Shown: piece after piece, positions 11,161 to 22,415 of the stretch
Layout of the letters: every line of letters begins with the position of its first letter
Position numbering within the stretch: position 1 is the first letter of the stretch
Translations under genes and position numbers: made by a program
Assembly (NCBI GenBank): GCA_965204355.1
Contig: OZ241983.1
Span: 500,483 to 564,482 of the forward strand
Source: Candidatus Poribacteria bacterium
GTDB lineage: Bacteria; Poribacteria; WGA-4E; PCPOR2b
Direction: 5' to 3'
DNA: 64,000 nucleotides
The notes under the pieces: model-generated
Told to the model about the DNA's origin: nothing
Seen by the model: only the letters and a program-made list of their open reading frames with translations
The model's database searches: none

Positions 11161-11460
11161 CTAGATAGTTTCAAAAGCCTCAATGATTGTTCCTTCAGTA
11201 ACAGTGATGATTACCTTTTTCCAGTTAGGTCGCCGCCCCTGTCGATACCGCCAGAACTGCCCTTTGGTTTTTCCTTGGACCTGCATGGTGTTAATCTTCA
11301 CAATTTTATCTTTGAGATCGAACAACTCTTCAGCTGCTTCACGGATGTCCGCTTTATTGGCTTTGATATCAACAACAAAGGCGTATTTGTTCTCTTCTCT
11401 GAGGATTGTGGTTTTCTCTGTTATTAGCGGCTGCTTGATAATCCGATATGGGTCTTTCAT
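11161..11460 (-). CDS. rplW: 50S ribosomal protein L23
   Basis: 99-aa ORF MKDPYRIIKQPLITEKTT...; stop abuts the rplD start. Confidence 0.88.
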   Translation of the reverse strand: MKDPYRIIKQPLITEKTTILREENKYAFVVDIKANKADIREAAEELFDLKDKIVKINTMQVQGKTKGQFWRYRQGRRPNWKKVIITVTEGTIIEAFETI

Positions 11461-12117
11461 CTATGCTTCCTCAACTGATGAATCGTCTGTTGGCTGACCA
11501 AACTTTTCTTCTAGCTTCTCTGCTGCGCTTTCGGTGAAAACAATCTTATCATGCCAAAGAACGTCGTAGACATTAAGGGTATTCCAAATACAGCTGTTCA
11601 CATTTGGGATATTCCGTACAGATAGATAGATGTTTGATTCGGGTTGTCCGAGAACAAAGAGGACTTTATCCGAAAGCCCTAAATTCCCTAAAACTTGAAC
11701 CATATCCTTCGTTCTTGGGGTATCTAATGTAAAGTCTTCAATCAGAACGCAATCATCACTTTGGAATTTATCTGCCAGAGCCGAGTGTAATCCGAGTTGA
11801 CGGACCTTCTTCGGGGTGTGTTGACGATAGCTACGAGGCTTGGGACCAAATGCAACGCCACCATGTACCCGTATTGGAGATTTGGCGTCCCCGACTCGGG
11901 CTCGTCCCGTTCCTTTCTGGCGATATAGCTTTTTACCACTTCCCTGGACTTCTGACCGTGTTTTCGTAGAAGCCGTCCCTTGGCGTTGATTTGCGAGGTG
12001 TGCAACGACGCATTGATGAACAACTGCTTTATTAACAGCTACATTTACAAATGCGTCGGATAGCTCTTTTTGTCTTAGGGTATCTCCAGAACGATCATAT
12101 ACATCTAAAGCTGCCAT
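11461..12117 (-). CDS. rplD: 50S ribosomal protein L4
   Basis: 218-aa ORF with [33 protein letters not shown], the L4 signature. Confidence 0.9.
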   Translation of the reverse strand: MAALDVYDRSGDTLRQKELSDAFVNVAVNKAVVHQCVVAHLANQRQGTASTKTRSEVQGSGKKLYRQKGTGRARVGDAKSPIRVHGGVAFGPKPRSYRQHTPKKVRQLGLHSALADKFQSDDCVLIEDFTLDTPRTKDMVQVLGNLGLSDKVLFVLGQPESNIYLSVRNIPNVNSCIWNTLNVYDVLWHDKIVFTESAAEKLEEKFGQPTDDSSVEEA

Positions 12118-12145
12118 ACGCGATAATCCTCATAAAGGGATCTAT

Positions 12146-12784
12146 TTACTGTTTGCCCTTCACTGCTTTCTTGATAATAAGTAATCCGTTGGGTGGACCG
12201 GGGACTGCACCTTTAACAAGTAATAGGTTCCTGTTGGAATCTGCTTGGACAACTTCTAGGTTCTGGGTTGTCACCCGTTTCCCGCCGTGGCGTCCAGGCA
12301 TTTTTTTGCCTTTGAAAACACGTGAGGGCCATGCACTGTGGCCAATGGAGCCGGGTCGCCGATGGTTCTTCTCGCTACCGTGGGTTTGCTTCATACCAGA
12401 AAAGCCCCACCGTTTAATCACCCCTGTGAAGCCGCGTCCTTTAGACGTCCCCGTTACATCAATGATGTCTCCGGGAGAGAAGATATCCACGTCAACGTTT
12501 GAGCCGACCTCCAACCCCTCTGTACTATCAACACGCATTTCCCGCAAAAACCGATGGGGGGTGACATTTGCCTTTTGGAAGTGTCCACTCTCGGGCCGAT
12601 TGACCTTATTTTCCCGTCGATCACCGAAGCCTAATTGGATGGCGTTATAACCCTCATGGTCTTGAGTTTTAATCTGTACTATCGGGCAGGGACCTGCTTC
12701 GACTACCGTGACTGGAATTGCAGTCCCGAATTCGTCAAAGATTTGTGTCATGCCGATCTTCTTTCCTAATATTCCATTACTCAT
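12146..12784 (-). CDS. rplC: 50S ribosomal protein L3
   Basis: MSNGILGKKIGMTQIFDEFG...; internal Met at 12784 chosen over the ORF start at 12799. Confidence 0.9.
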   Translation of the reverse strand: MSNGILGKKIGMTQIFDEFGTAIPVTVVEAGPCPIVQIKTQDHEGYNAIQLGFGDRRENKVNRPESGHFQKANVTPHRFLREMRVDSTEGLEVGSNVDVDIFSPGDIIDVTGTSKGRGFTGVIKRWGFSGMKQTHGSEKNHRRPGSIGHSAWPSRVFKGKKMPGRHGGKRVTTQNLEVVQADSNRNLLLVKGAVPGPPNGLLIIKKAVKGKQ

Positions 12785-12828
12785 GTTACATCTCCACAAC
12801 GAGGGTGTTCAGGTTCAACGACGCGTGC

Positions 12829-13143
12829 CTACAGAAGCGTAATTTTGACATCAACACCAGCTGGTAGATCTAAGCGCATCAGCGCATTGACTGTCTTGGG
12901 GGTCGTCTGTAAAATATCCAATAATCGCTTGTGAGTTCGCATTGCAAACTGTTCGCGCGACTTTTTGTCTTTGAAGGTCGATCGCTGTACAGTATAAGTG
13001 TGCTGCTTGATCGGAAGCGGAATCGGACCTGAGACTAATGCACCTGTCCGTTTAGCGGTCTCTGCGATCTGGCCTGCGGAATGATCTAACAAACGATAAT
13101 CAAATGATTTTAGCCGAATCCTTATTTTCTGGTTGTCCATCAA
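12829..13143 (-). CDS. rpsJ: 30S ribosomal protein S10
   Basis: [44 protein letters not shown]..., canonical S10/NusE. Confidence 0.92.
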   Translation of the reverse strand: MMDNQKIRIRLKSFDYRLLDHSAGQIAETAKRTGALVSGPIPLPIKQHTYTVQRSTFKDKKSREQFAMRTHKRLLDILQTTPKTVNALMRLDLPAGVDVKITLL

Positions 13144-13267
13144 TACTCCAACTATACAACTTATTGCGCTTAAAAGGGTTGACTCTGTTGTTTCGTAAGA
13201 CGGGCTGTAAGAGGGAACTGAGAGGTGTGAAAGCCGATCCCTCGACTTTCACACTTGGTAACAAGTA

Positions 13268-14467
13268 TTACTCAATAACCTCTGAAACAACGCCGGCTCC
13301 GACGGTGTGTCCACCTTCACGAATTGCAAACCGCAGCTCCTCTTCCAGAGCAATGGGCTTGGTGAGTTCAACGGTAATTTGGATATTATCTCCGGGCATC
13401 ACCATTTCCACGCCCTCGGGAAGGTTCATCACACCTGTTACGTCCGTTGTGCGGAAGTAGAATTGTGGACGATAGCCGCTGAAAAATGGTGTCCATCGAC
13501 CGCCTTCGTCTTTGTTCAGAATATAGATTTCAGCCGCAAATTGCGTATGTGGGGTAATACTGCCCGGTGCGGCGAGCACTTGTCCGCGCTCAACGTCCTC
13601 ACGTTCGATACCTCGGAGCAGGACGCCGACGTTATCGCCTGCACGACCTTCGTCAAGCAGCTTACGGAACATCTCGACACCGGTGGCAACTGTGTCGGTG
13701 GTTGGCGCGAGTCCAACAATTTCGATTGTGTCACCAACATTAACGATACCACGCTCGACACGACCTGTTACAACCGTGCCACGTCCCGTGATTGAGAAGA
13801 TATCTTCCACGGGCATTAGGAAGGGTCGATCCACATCTCGAACCGGCTCCGGAATCCAACTGTCACAGGCTTCCATGAGATCTAAAATTGGCTTACACTC
13901 GTCGGCACCCGGATTCCCACCACTTTCCATAGCTTCAAGGGCAGACCCACTAATAATTGGAATGTCATCGCCGGGGAACTCATATTCGGTGAGTAGTTCT
14001 CGAACTTCGAGTTCTACCAATTCTAAGAGTTCTTCATCGTCCACCATGTCTGCTTTATTCAGGAAGACAACGAGACTTGGCACGTTCACCTGTCGTGCAA
14101 GCAGGACGTGCTCGCGCGTTTGGGGCATAGGACCATCAGCAGCGGAAACAACAAGAATTGCACCGTCCATCTGCGCCGCACCGGTGATCATGTTTTTAAT
14201 GTAGTCAGCATGCCCAGGACAGTCCACGTGAGCATAGTGCCGGTTTTCGGTCTCATACTCAACGTGCGCGGTGTTGATGGTAATCCCGCGTTCCTTTTCC
14301 TCGGGAGCTGCGTCAATTTCTTCGTAAGTTTTTACGTACTCGCTCCCAGAGAGATTTGACAATACCATGGTAATTGCAGCTGTTAATGTGGTTTTACCAT
14401 GATCAACGTGTCCAATCGTGCCGACATTGACGTGTGGTTTAGTCCTTTCAAATTTTTCTTTTGCCAT
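13268..14467 (-). CDS. tuf: translation elongation factor Tu
   Basis: 399-aa [36 protein letters not shown]... with G1-G4 motifs; str operon position. Confidence 0.95.
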   Translation of the reverse strand: MAKEKFERTKPHVNVGTIGHVDHGKTTLTAAITMVLSNLSGSEYVKTYEEIDAAPEEKERGITINTAHVEYETENRHYAHVDCPGHADYIKNMITGAAQMDGAILVVSAADGPMPQTREHVLLARQVNVPSLVVFLNKADMVDDEELLELVELEVRELLTEYEFPGDDIPIISGSALEAMESGGNPGADECKPILDLMEACDSWIPEPVRDVDRPFLMPVEDIFSITGRGTVVTGRVERGIVNVGDTIEIVGLAPTTDTVATGVEMFRKLLDEGRAGDNVGVLLRGIEREDVERGQVLAAPGSITPHTQFAAEIYILNKDEGGRWTPFFSGYRPQFYFRTTDVTGVMNLPEGVEMVMPGDNIQITVELTKPIALEEELRFAIREGGHTVGAGVVSEVIE

Positions 14468-14561
14468 GTGTAAATCTCCTCAATTCTACTTATAGCTTAA
14501 ATATAACACGCATTACTCACCGTTAAACTGTGGCAGGGCGCCATGTCAACAGCGGTAACGG

Positions 14562-16658
14562 TTAAACAGAAAATCCTTGCGACGATATAATTTCCTCAGC
14601 AATGCTCTGGGGAACGCTACTATAATGTGCAAACTCCATCGAATACGTTGCCCGTCCTTGCGTCAGAGAACGAAGCGTTTTAACATAGCCGAACATTTCT
14701 GCAAGGGGTACATGGGCTTTAATAACCTGCGTTCCGGACTTGGGATGCATATCGGTATGAAGAATTTGTGCGCGACGCGCATTTAAGTCCCCCATTACCT
14801 TTCCCAAATAGTCATCGGGAGCAGTCACTTCAATCTCCATGATTGGTTCGAGCAGCATCGGATCTGCACGTTTCACCGCGTCTTTGAGGGCAATCCGAGC
14901 AGCGTTTGAAAATGCGATCTCTGAAGAATCAACGGGATGGTAAGAGCCATCATACAATCGCACACCGATATCAACGAGCGGATAACCCGCTAAAATTCCG
15001 GTGGTTATTGCATCCTCAAGTCCCTTACGGACGGCGGGTATATACTCTTGAGGAATGACACCTCCCTTTATATCATTGACGAATTCAAAGCCAGATCCTT
15101 GCTCTAACGGGTAAATCTCGATAACCACATGTCCAAATTGACCACGTCCACCGGATTGCCGGACGAAACGCTCGTTGGATTCTGCGGGGCACTGAATAGT
15201 TTCGCGGTACGAAACTTGGGGTTGACCAATCTCTGCTGAAACGTTAAATTCTCGAATCAGGCGATCGACAATAATCTCCAGATGCAATTCCCCCATGCCA
15301 GATAGAAGTGTTTGCCCTGTTTCTGAGTCCTGATGCATCTTAAAAGTTGGGTCTTCCTCAGCCAACTTTGATAGGGCCATGTTCATCTTCTCGATGTCCG
15401 ACTTTGTTTGGGGTTCGATAGCGATCGACATTACCGGGGATGGAAACGCCATTGATTCCAAGACAATTGGGTCACTCGGATCGCAAATGGTATCACCGGT
15501 CATCACGGATTTGAAGCCAATGATGGCTGCGATATCGCCCGCATAGATGGCTTGACGTTCTTCACGCTTATTTGCATGTAGCTGCATCAATCTGCCGATC
15601 CGTTCAAATTTTCGGTGTGTACTGTTGTATACAGTCATTCCTTTAGCCAAAACACCGGAGTAGACGCGTAGGAATGTTAGCTTACCAACATGTGGATCGG
15701 TTGTAATTTTGAATGCTAGGGCAGAAAAAGGGGCGTCATCGTCTACTAAACGTGTTTCTTCTTCTCCCTCAACCTCCGGATTTAAGCCGGTTATGGGTGG
15801 TACATCTATTGGAGAAGGTAGGTAATCGACGACTGCGTCTAGTAGCGGTTGGACCCCTTTGTTCTTCAGGGCTGTGCCGCACAAGACGGGAACGATTTGC
15901 CCGCTTAAAGTCGCACTTCTCAAGCCTGCTTTAATCTCTTCTTCGGATAATTCGATGCCATCAATATATTTGGCTAACAGGTCATCATCACATTCAGCAA
16001 TTGCTTCCAACATCTGTTCTCGATATTCCAAGACACTTCCCATCATTTCATCTGGAATATCTGTATCAAACATTATAGATCCGAAACTGGCTTCGTCCCA
16101 TGCTAAGGCTTTTAGTGAAACCAAATCAACAATTCCGCTGAAGCTTTCGGCGGAGCCGATCGGCAGCTGAATTGGCACTGCTGTGGCACCGAGTCGCTCG
16201 ACCATCATTTCGACCGTTCGGAAAAAATCAGCACCGGTTCGATCCATCTTGTTGACGAGTGCGATACGTGGCACCTGATATTTATCTGCTTGTCTCCAGA
16301 CTGTTTCTGACTGGGGTTCCACGCCGCCCACCGCACAAAAAACAGCGACAGCTCCATCAAGGATTCGCAGCGATCTTTCGACTTCAACTGTAAAGTCGAT
16401 GTGTCCGGGGGTATCAATAATGTTGATTCCGTAGCCGTCCCATTGGCACGTTGTTGCAGCAGCGGTGATGGTAATACCACGTTCCTGCTCCTGTGCCATC
16501 CAGTCCATTGTCGTAGTACCGTCGTCGACCTCTCCCATACGATGTACTTTACCTGTGTAGTACAGCATACGTTCGGTTACAGTTGTCTTGCCTGCATCGA
16601 TGTGTGCCATGATGCCGATGTTGCGTGTATGGGTCAATGGAAACCGGCGTCGCTCCAT
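14562..16658 (-). CDS. fusA: translation elongation factor G
   Basis: EF-G sequence ...[25 protein letters not shown].... Start set at [15 protein letters not shown] (ATG at 16658); the ORF extends to 16706. Confidence 0.92.
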   Translation of the reverse strand: MERRRFPLTHTRNIGIMAHIDAGKTTVTERMLYYTGKVHRMGEVDDGTTTMDWMAQEQERGITITAAATTCQWDGYGINIIDTPGHIDFTVEVERSLRILDGAVAVFCAVGGVEPQSETVWRQADKYQVPRIALVNKMDRTGADFFRTVEMMVERLGATAVPIQLPIGSAESFSGIVDLVSLKALAWDEASFGSIMFDTDIPDEMMGSVLEYREQMLEAIAECDDDLLAKYIDGIELSEEEIKAGLRSATLSGQIVPVLCGTALKNKGVQPLLDAVVDYLPSPIDVPPITGLNPEVEGEEETRLVDDDAPFSALAFKITTDPHVGKLTFLRVYSGVLAKGMTVYNSTHRKFERIGRLMQLHANKREERQAIYAGDIAAIIGFKSVMTGDTICDPSDPIVLESMAFPSPVMSIAIEPQTKSDIEKMNMALSKLAEEDPTFKMHQDSETGQTLLSGMGELHLEIIVDRLIREFNVSAEIGQPQVSYRETIQCPAESNERFVRQSGGRGQFGHVVIEIYPLEQGSGFEFVNDIKGGVIPQEYIPAVRKGLEDAITTGILAGYPLVDIGVRLYDGSYHPVDSSEIAFSNAARIALKDAVKRADPMLLEPIMEIEVTAPDDYLGKVMGDLNARRAQILHTDMHPKSGTQVIKAHVPLAEMFGYVKTLRSLTQGRATYSMEFAHYSSVPQSIAEEIISSQGFSV

Positions 16659-16785
16659 GGAGCGCCGATTTTCAGCGGTCATTTGATTTCGTTTTGTAGA
16701 TCTCATTTTCCTGAAACTTTCCGTGATACATTACTAAAAATAAAGAATTATCGTCCTGATAAAGCGGGGCTTCGCTGCGTTCAGA

Positions 16786-17256
16786 TTACCAGCGGTAATG
16801 TGCAAACGCTCGGTTGGCTTCTGCCATGCGATGCTGATCGAGTTTTCTGCGGATTGAAGCGCCGTCATTCCTGGCGGCGTCTAATAGTTCTCCCGCCAAC
16901 CGCTCTGCCATCGTCTTCTCCCCACGTTCCCTTGCAGATTGAATAATCCAGCGGAGTGCCAACGTTGTACGACGTTCCGCTTTGACGTCAACTGGCACTT
17001 GGTAGGTTGCTCCTCCAACGCGCCGAGACCGAATTTCGAGAACCGGCTTAACGTTATTAATTGCTTCTTGAAAGACTGTGAGACCCTCTTGGTTGGTGCG
17101 CTTCTCAACAATATCTATACTGTCGTATAGGATTGCCCGGGCAACACTCTTCTTTCCACGAGCCATTAAGAAGTTTATAAATTTCGCAACCAGCTTACTA
17201 TTATATTTTGGATCTGGGAGTACGTCCCGTTTAACAACTTCTGCACGACGTGGCAT
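16786..17256 (-). CDS. rpsG: 30S ribosomal protein S7
   Basis: [37 protein letters not shown]..., canonical S7. Confidence 0.93.
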   Translation of the reverse strand: MPRRAEVVKRDVLPDPKYNSKLVAKFINFLMARGKKSVARAILYDSIDIVEKRTNQEGLTVFQEAINNVKPVLEIRSRRVGGATYQVPVDVKAERRTTLALRWIIQSARERGEKTMAERLAGELLDAARNDGASIRRKLDQHRMAEANRAFAHYRW

Positions 17257-17267
17257 TCCTTCCTCCT

Positions 17268-17639
17268 CTAGTTGACACTCTTTGCACCATATTTCGATCT
17301 AGCTTGCCGTCGATTTTCAACACCGGCAGTATCCAGTGTGCCTCGAACGATATGGTATCTGACATTGGGCAGATCCTTGACTCTTCCGCCTCGCACAAGT
17401 ACAACCGAGTGTTCTTGGAGATTATGATCTACGCCGGGGATATAGCAGGTAGCTTCCTGACCATTCGTAAAACGGACGCGAGCGACCTTACGAAGTGCTG
17501 AATTCGGTTTTTTGGGTGTTATAGTCCTAACTTGTAGACAGATGCCCCGCCGTTGGGGACAACTTTCCAAGACTGGAGATTTACTTTTTTTGCTCGATCT
17601 TTTACGAGATTTTCTGACTAACTGATTTATTGTTGGCAT
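17268..17639 (-). CDS. rpsL: 30S ribosomal protein S12
   Basis: [62 protein letters not shown]..., canonical S12. Confidence 0.95.
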   Translation of the reverse strand: MPTINQLVRKSRKRSSKKSKSPVLESCPQRRGICLQVRTITPKKPNSALRKVARVRFTNGQEATCYIPGVDHNLQEHSVVLVRGGRVKDLPNVRYHIVRGTLDTAGVENRRQARSKYGAKSVN

Positions 17640-17670
17640 ATCGACCTCGACTAATAATGATGTGCAGGCA

Positions 17671-17695
17671 TAAATAAAGCCCCGCTATGGGGGCT
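17671..17695 (-). terminator. putative Rho-independent terminator downstream of the MoxR-like gene (minus-strand sense)
   Basis: On the minus strand, a GC-rich hairpin AGCCCC-CATAGC-GGGGCT is followed by TTTATTT. It lies between the MoxR stop (17931) and the rpsL promoter region. Confidence 0.45.
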
Positions 17696-17930
17696 CACAA
17701 AGTTGTCCGCTATAACGAAGTAACTGTGAAAAACACGCCAAAGTGTTTTAGAACTATAAAGTCCTCCCCTTTTCCGCCTGATTTAAGGCGGAAATCCTAA
17801 GTTAGCGTCAAAGGGCGAATTATACCAAACTTACGATTGAATGTCAAGCCTTTTTCTAAGTTTTTTTATTAAGTTTTTTATGCCGCTCTCAAATTAACCG
17901 AATATTACAGATTATGTTTCCTGTAATTGA

Positions 17931-18938
17931 TCACATCCGTATCGCCGGTTCTTGGACTGTGTCCAACAATTGAGTGATTACAGCATCGGAATCAACGCCC
18001 TCGGCTTCCGCGTGAAAATTGGTAAGTACGCGATGCCGGAGAACAGCGTGTGCCACCGATTTAACGTCTTCTATAGATGCGTTCACGCGCCCTCGCAAAA
18101 TACCGCGTGCTTTTGCACCAAGGATGAGATACTGTCCCGCCCGCGGACCTGCGCCCCATCTTACCCACTGTTCGATAAAATCTGGGGCATCTTTGCTTTT
18201 GGGACGGGTTGCGCGCGCTAATTTGACTGCATACTGCACAACGTTATCAGCGGCTGAAACCCGGCGGACAATCTGATTTAGTGTTATGATATCCTCACCG
18301 GAAAGCACGGTTGTCAGTTCGGGCTCATCAACGCTGGTCGTCGAGGAAACAATTGCGACCTCCTCTTCCTCACTCGGATAGTCAATCACAATCTTAAACA
18401 TGAAACGGTCGAGTTGCGCTTCTGGAAGTGGATATGTTCCTTCCTGTTCAATCGGGTTCTGTGTGGCAAGGACAAAGAACGGTTGCTCCAAATTATACAT
18501 AGTACCGCCCGCTGTGACATGGTATTCCTGCATCGCTTCAAGGAGTGCAGCTTGGGTCTTGGGCGGGGTTCGATTGATTTCATCGGCAAGCAGGATGTTG
18601 GCAAATATGGGACCCTGAATAAAACGGATCTCCCGATGACCGGTGGAGCGCTCTTCTTCCAAGACGTCTGTGCCGGTAATGTCCGCGGGCATCAGATCCG
18701 GCGTGAACTGGATTCGCTTGAACTGGAGATTGAGAATTTCGGCAAGCGTTTTAATCGTCAAAGTTTTGGCGAGCCCGGGCACACCTTCAAGTAGACAGTG
18801 ACCTCCCGCAAAGAATGCCATCAACATCTGATCAATTACTTCCTCTTGACCAATGATAACTTTTTTGAGTTGCTCCAAGATGAGGTCTCTGGCATCCATC
18901 AATTTTTCTATTGCTTGCACTTCTTCTGTCGCTGGCAT
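17931..18938 (-). CDS. MoxR-family AAA+ ATPase
   Basis: 335-aa ORF with Walker A GVPGLAKT, Walker B LLADEINR and the general MoxR pattern ([32 protein letters not shown]...). Confidence 0.85.
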   Translation of the reverse strand: MPATEEVQAIEKLMDARDLILEQLKKVIIGQEEVIDQMLMAFFAGGHCLLEGVPGLAKTLTIKTLAEILNLQFKRIQFTPDLMPADITGTDVLEEERSTGHREIRFIQGPIFANILLADEINRTPPKTQAALLEAMQEYHVTAGGTMYNLEQPFFVLATQNPIEQEGTYPLPEAQLDRFMFKIVIDYPSEEEEVAIVSSTTSVDEPELTTVLSGEDIITLNQIVRRVSAADNVVQYAVKLARATRPKSKDAPDFIEQWVRWGAGPRAGQYLILGAKARGILRGRVNASIEDVKSVAHAVLRHRVLTNFHAEAEGVDSDAVITQLLDTVQEPAIRM

Positions 18939-19025
18939 AATGTCTATGACTCCTTTTTAATCTCTAATGATGGCTATTTCTTCTGATAATCCTCAGCCGA
19001 CCAAACTATAGTAAATCCTAAAAAA

Positions 19026-19112
19026 TAAATAGACGCTTTCGTTCCCCGTGTATGGTAGGCGCTGTTTCCAACTGCGCCTATACGGTGCGGTTAGAAACCG
19101 CACCTACCGGGC
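19026..19112. repeat. REP-like palindromic intergenic element, family A (copy 1, full length)
   Basis: ...TAGACGCTTTCG..CCCGTGTATGGTAGGCGCTGTTTCCAACTGCGCCTATACGGTGCGGTTAGAAACCGCACCTACCGGG holds two hairpins (TAGGCGC/GCGCCTA and GGTGCGGTT/AACCGCACC). Near-identical copies occur at 20412, 40731 (inverted) and 55908. Confidence 0.8.
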
Positions 19113-19168
19113 CTGGGGGCAATGCGGTTCGATTTGGAGTGTCTCATTAATTCTAAAATCTACTATAA

Positions 19169-20326
19169 TCAGCACGAGTTGGTCCAACTTGCTACGAAAT
19201 CATCGATGTCGAAGACGGGCATCTCGTTAAAGGTATAGGGGGTTGGTTCCTTGTTTTGAAAACCGGGCACGAGTTGAGGCGAATCGGTCTGGAGTATATT
19301 ATCCAACGGGAGAAATCGTTGCCAGAGCAGTTTTCGCTCCGACTCCGTGAAACGGTTGGACATCGGCTCGCGTGGATGAAGGCGTATGTTCTTCGCCCGT
19401 TTAGACAACAGTACGAGGCATGTCATTCGACCTTCCGCCCCCGGGTGTAGTTCAGCCAAGCCCTGACGAAACCCTCCTTCATCTAACCCAATAATCGCAC
19501 GGAAAATATGTTCGATCAGTGCGAGTTCGCTTCGTTCCAGTTCGAGAAAGTGTTTAAACTTAGCTGCCAGATGCGTCGGTAGCCTGTCAATCAACTCCGG
19601 CTGCCAGACGAAGGAGTGTGCGTGTGGGTATATGCTGCTCCTAAAGGCGCGATAGGTGTACTGTAATGTTCGACGCAGTTTCGTGCTGTAGTTGCTGCCC
19701 CAATGGAGGATTGTATTCAGGTATACAACCCCGTCACCTGCCTTCAACTCGATTGGGATGCCGCTATCCAACGGCTCATGTTCGCTTTTGGACAGTTGGC
19801 GATTTTCCGCCTCGGTATTGAACCTTCTGTGGCTACCGGGAACTGCCCACAGTACGTCGTCGTCATACAGTGGGATGTTCCATTGCGTGTATGCCGGAGG
19901 GTTCGCCAGAGAATCTGTGAACAATCCCTCCAACGGTCCCTCGCGCCACGACCGGATATCGCGATGCCAATCCCAGGGACCGTGATCTACCCGCGGGTTG
20001 CAGAACATGCCGAATTGCAGGGGCGCTACTTCCTCCGCCTGCATTAATTGCTTGCTGATTCCGTATGTATTCTCGTGGAACACGAATTCTACTGACTCTG
20101 CGGCTTCTGAGTCGACCACCCGATCAAACAGGACCCGTGGCTGCGGACCTGACTCCCACTCTCCGCCCGGTGGCTCATCCGGCTTACGATTATCCGCCCA
20201 CCATCCCTTATGCCGTTCAAGCATCCCCTCACAATGCGTCCGCAACGACTCAAGTTGTCCCGGTGGAACACAGTCGTGTACGATGATGTAACCTTTATCC
20301 TGAATTTCTTTTGTGTCTATGGGCAT
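19169..20326 (-). CDS. phytanoyl-CoA dioxygenase (PhyH) family Fe(II)/2-oxoglutarate-dependent oxygenase, paralog 1
   Basis: 385-aa ORF with W-H-x-D (WHRDIRSW) and [IV]xGSH (VPGSHRRF) motifs, shared with the two downstream paralogs. Confidence 0.65.
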   Translation of the reverse strand: MPIDTKEIQDKGYIIVHDCVPPGQLESLRTHCEGMLERHKGWWADNRKPDEPPGGEWESGPQPRVLFDRVVDSEAAESVEFVFHENTYGISKQLMQAEEVAPLQFGMFCNPRVDHGPWDWHRDIRSWREGPLEGLFTDSLANPPAYTQWNIPLYDDDVLWAVPGSHRRFNTEAENRQLSKSEHEPLDSGIPIELKAGDGVVYLNTILHWGSNYSTKLRRTLQYTYRAFRSSIYPHAHSFVWQPELIDRLPTHLAAKFKHFLELERSELALIEHIFRAIIGLDEGGFRQGLAELHPGAEGRMTCLVLLSKRAKNIRLHPREPMSNRFTESERKLLWQRFLPLDNILQTDSPQLVPGFQNKEPTPYTFNEMPVFDIDDFVASWTNSC

Positions 20327-20411
20327 TGTGACGGTATTCGTCTCCGATGTATCGGGGCATCTGTGTTTAGGACTGTCTATAGTAGATTTTAGAAGTAATT
20401 AGACACTCCAA

Positions 20412-20502
20412 CCCGGTGCGGTTAGGAAAACGAAACGACCGTTTGGTAGGCGCTGTTTCTAACTGCGCCTATTCGGTGCGGTTAGAAACCGCACCTACCG
20501 GG
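20412..20502. repeat. REP-like palindromic intergenic element, family A (copy 2)
   Basis: CCCGGTGCGGTTAGGAAAACGAAACGACCGTTTGGTAGGCGCTGTTTCTAACTGCGCCTATTCGGTGCGGTTAGAAACCGCACCTACCGGG, between PhyH paralogs 1 and 2. Confidence 0.8.
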
Positions 20503-20550
20503 AGGTGAAAGTGTCTATCTGTTTTTAGAATCCACCATAAATGGCTTTTA

Positions 20551-21492
20551 TCACTTTTTGTGGATCTCTGCTGTCTGCTTGGCAACCGTTTCAAGTTGGT
20601 CTTCATCCCACTGTTCTTGCTGCTGCAGTGCGTACAACGATGTATAACCGCCCGACCAATCGGGTGGCACAAGGCATGGCCGATCGTCGTGGTGCGCCCA
20701 ACGCGCCGGTTTGCCCTTTACAATGGTGCCCTCATATCGACTGGGTAACGGGTTGGCGGTGTAGGTGAAGGCATCGGCTGACGAGTAGATATTCAGCAGC
20801 AGGGGTCGCCCTTGGTCAGAGAGGTTCGGTTTGGAACCGTGGATCACGCGGCAGTTATGAATCGTGATGGATCCGGCGGGACCCTTCAGATATTCAACAT
20901 TCTCCGTGTCAACGCTCTTGGCATCCTCGTCGCTGAGGCAACCGACCCACTGATTGCCCTCATTGTATTGATTGAAAAGTTCGCCTTTATGGCTTCCGGA
21001 GATGGCACCGAGGGGGCCTTGATCATCGCCCACATCGTGCAGATAAACGCCGATTGTGAGTGGACTATAGTTGGTATGGGGCCAGTAGGTGATGTCTTGG
21101 TGCCACTTGACCTCTTCGCCGCCTTCTGCCCATTTGAAGTTCAGTTTAGAGTGATGGAATTTCACGTCTGGTCCCACCAGATCTGCTGCTACGTCTACAA
21201 TAATCGACTGCGACGCAAACTCCCAGTAGGTTGGGTGATGTTCGACTGGACTGGTCAGACGACGCAGGCGTGGATTGTCCGCTGTGTGGCCCGGCTCCAG
21301 ATCGAATACCATGTCTGATTTATTTAGAGACCGGCTGCGCTGCACCATTTCGTCTGTAACGTCGATCAGGCGTTCGACCCAATCCTGCGGCACGATACTT
21401 TTAACGAGTAGGTATCCGTTCTCAAAGTAAAATTGACGCTGCGCTTGGGTAAGCGCCTTTGGTTCGTAAGACAATATCTTCTCAGGTGTCAT
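20551..21492 (-). CDS. phytanoyl-CoA dioxygenase (PhyH) family oxygenase, paralog 2
   Basis: 313-aa ORF with WHQDITYWP and ISGSHKGE motifs, a classic PhyH fold signature. Confidence 0.75.
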   Translation of the reverse strand: MTPEKILSYEPKALTQAQRQFYFENGYLLVKSIVPQDWVERLIDVTDEMVQRSRSLNKSDMVFDLEPGHTADNPRLRRLTSPVEHHPTYWEFASQSIIVDVAADLVGPDVKFHHSKLNFKWAEGGEEVKWHQDITYWPHTNYSPLTIGVYLHDVGDDQGPLGAISGSHKGELFNQYNEGNQWVGCLSDEDAKSVDTENVEYLKGPAGSITIHNCRVIHGSKPNLSDQGRPLLLNIYSSADAFTYTANPLPSRYEGTIVKGKPARWAHHDDRPCLVPPDWSGGYTSLYALQQQEQWDEDQLETVAKQTAEIHKK

Positions 21493-21541
21493 CGGATAAC
21501 CTCCTTCTATGCGAGATCAACAATAAGGTCTACCTTTTCTT

Positions 21542-22384
21542 CTAATCGGACTTTCGCTGATACAGAACCCGCCCGTACGGTTCAGCGTTGCCGTCGTATT
21601 TTGGATTGAGACGGCGAACCATCTCCTGCGCTTCTGGGGACCAATCTTCGGGGATGGGATGTGTTTTACTTGCCAGTTGTGCTTTGATACGTTCCGGCAA
21701 ATTGCCAAAATCGGGCTGGAACCAGAGTGTGATGACTGTGCGGCGTTCGTCGGAACTGTTGGCGTAGGAAGCGTGCAGCAGGCGCGAATCACCGATCAAC
21801 AAGTCGCCTGCTTTGACCGGGACATCAACTTCATCAGGGCGTGTCGAAAATTCGGGAAGGTCTAAGTTCTTTGCCGCTGAAATCTCACCGGCGTGTGGTT
21901 CCATGATTAAGTCGTGGAGTGGGTTATGTTTGTAATGCGATCCCGGAATCACACGTAGGCAACCGTTATGTGGCGTGGTATCGGTCAGGTAGTACATAAA
22001 AAAGACCTGCTGCGGTCGTGGGTCGTAGGTAGTTGGATCTTCCCAACCAAACCAGTCATAGTGCCAAAACAGCGGTGGACTGTGCGGCGGCTTGCTGAGG
22101 ATATACCCACTGGTAAAGGTTGAATCTTTGAATCCCATTAATTTCAATGCGTCAAGCGACAGCTGCCACGCGATCAGTTCCGCGAAAACCGGATCTTCGT
22201 AGGTTCTGAACGCGCTTCCTTGGGAGCGGAAATAGCTTTTATGCTCCTCTGTCATGTTTTCGCAGAGCCTGTCTGTCACGCTCCGAAGTTGGCCGAGTAG
22301 CGCATCGTTCAGGATATTCTCAAAAATACAGTATCCTTCATTGATGAGTTGGTTATGTTTCGCTTTCGACATACTGCTCCTCAA
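21542..22384 (-). CDS. phytanoyl-CoA dioxygenase (PhyH) family oxygenase, paralog 3
   Basis: 280-aa ORF with WHYDWFGW and IPGSHYKH motifs. Confidence 0.7.
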   Translation of the reverse strand: MRSSMSKAKHNQLINEGYCIFENILNDALLGQLRSVTDRLCENMTEEHKSYFRSQGSAFRTYEDPVFAELIAWQLSLDALKLMGFKDSTFTSGYILSKPPHSPPLFWHYDWFGWEDPTTYDPRPQQVFFMYYLTDTTPHNGCLRVIPGSHYKHNPLHDLIMEPHAGEISAAKNLDLPEFSTRPDEVDVPVKAGDLLIGDSRLLHASYANSSDERRTVITLWFQPDFGNLPERIKAQLASKTHPIPEDWSPEAQEMVRRLNPKYDGNAEPYGRVLYQRKSD

Positions 22385-22415
22385 ATTGCGGATTTGAAAA
22401 CGCCCGCGCCCAATG

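Noticed and set aside
13227-13262. hairpin GTGTGAAAG...CTTTCACAC between tuf and rpsJ
   Set aside because: It is not followed by a U-run on the transcribed minus strand. It could be an RNA processing or attenuation stem, but the evidence is too weak to call a terminator.
13307-14204. long plus-strand ORFs (162, 173, 83 aa) antisense to tuf
   Set aside because: They are low-complexity mirror translations of a highly expressed, conserved gene with no independent signals. This is a typical antisense artifact. The same reasoning applies to the plus-strand ORFs over secY, rpsE, fusA, rplB and others.
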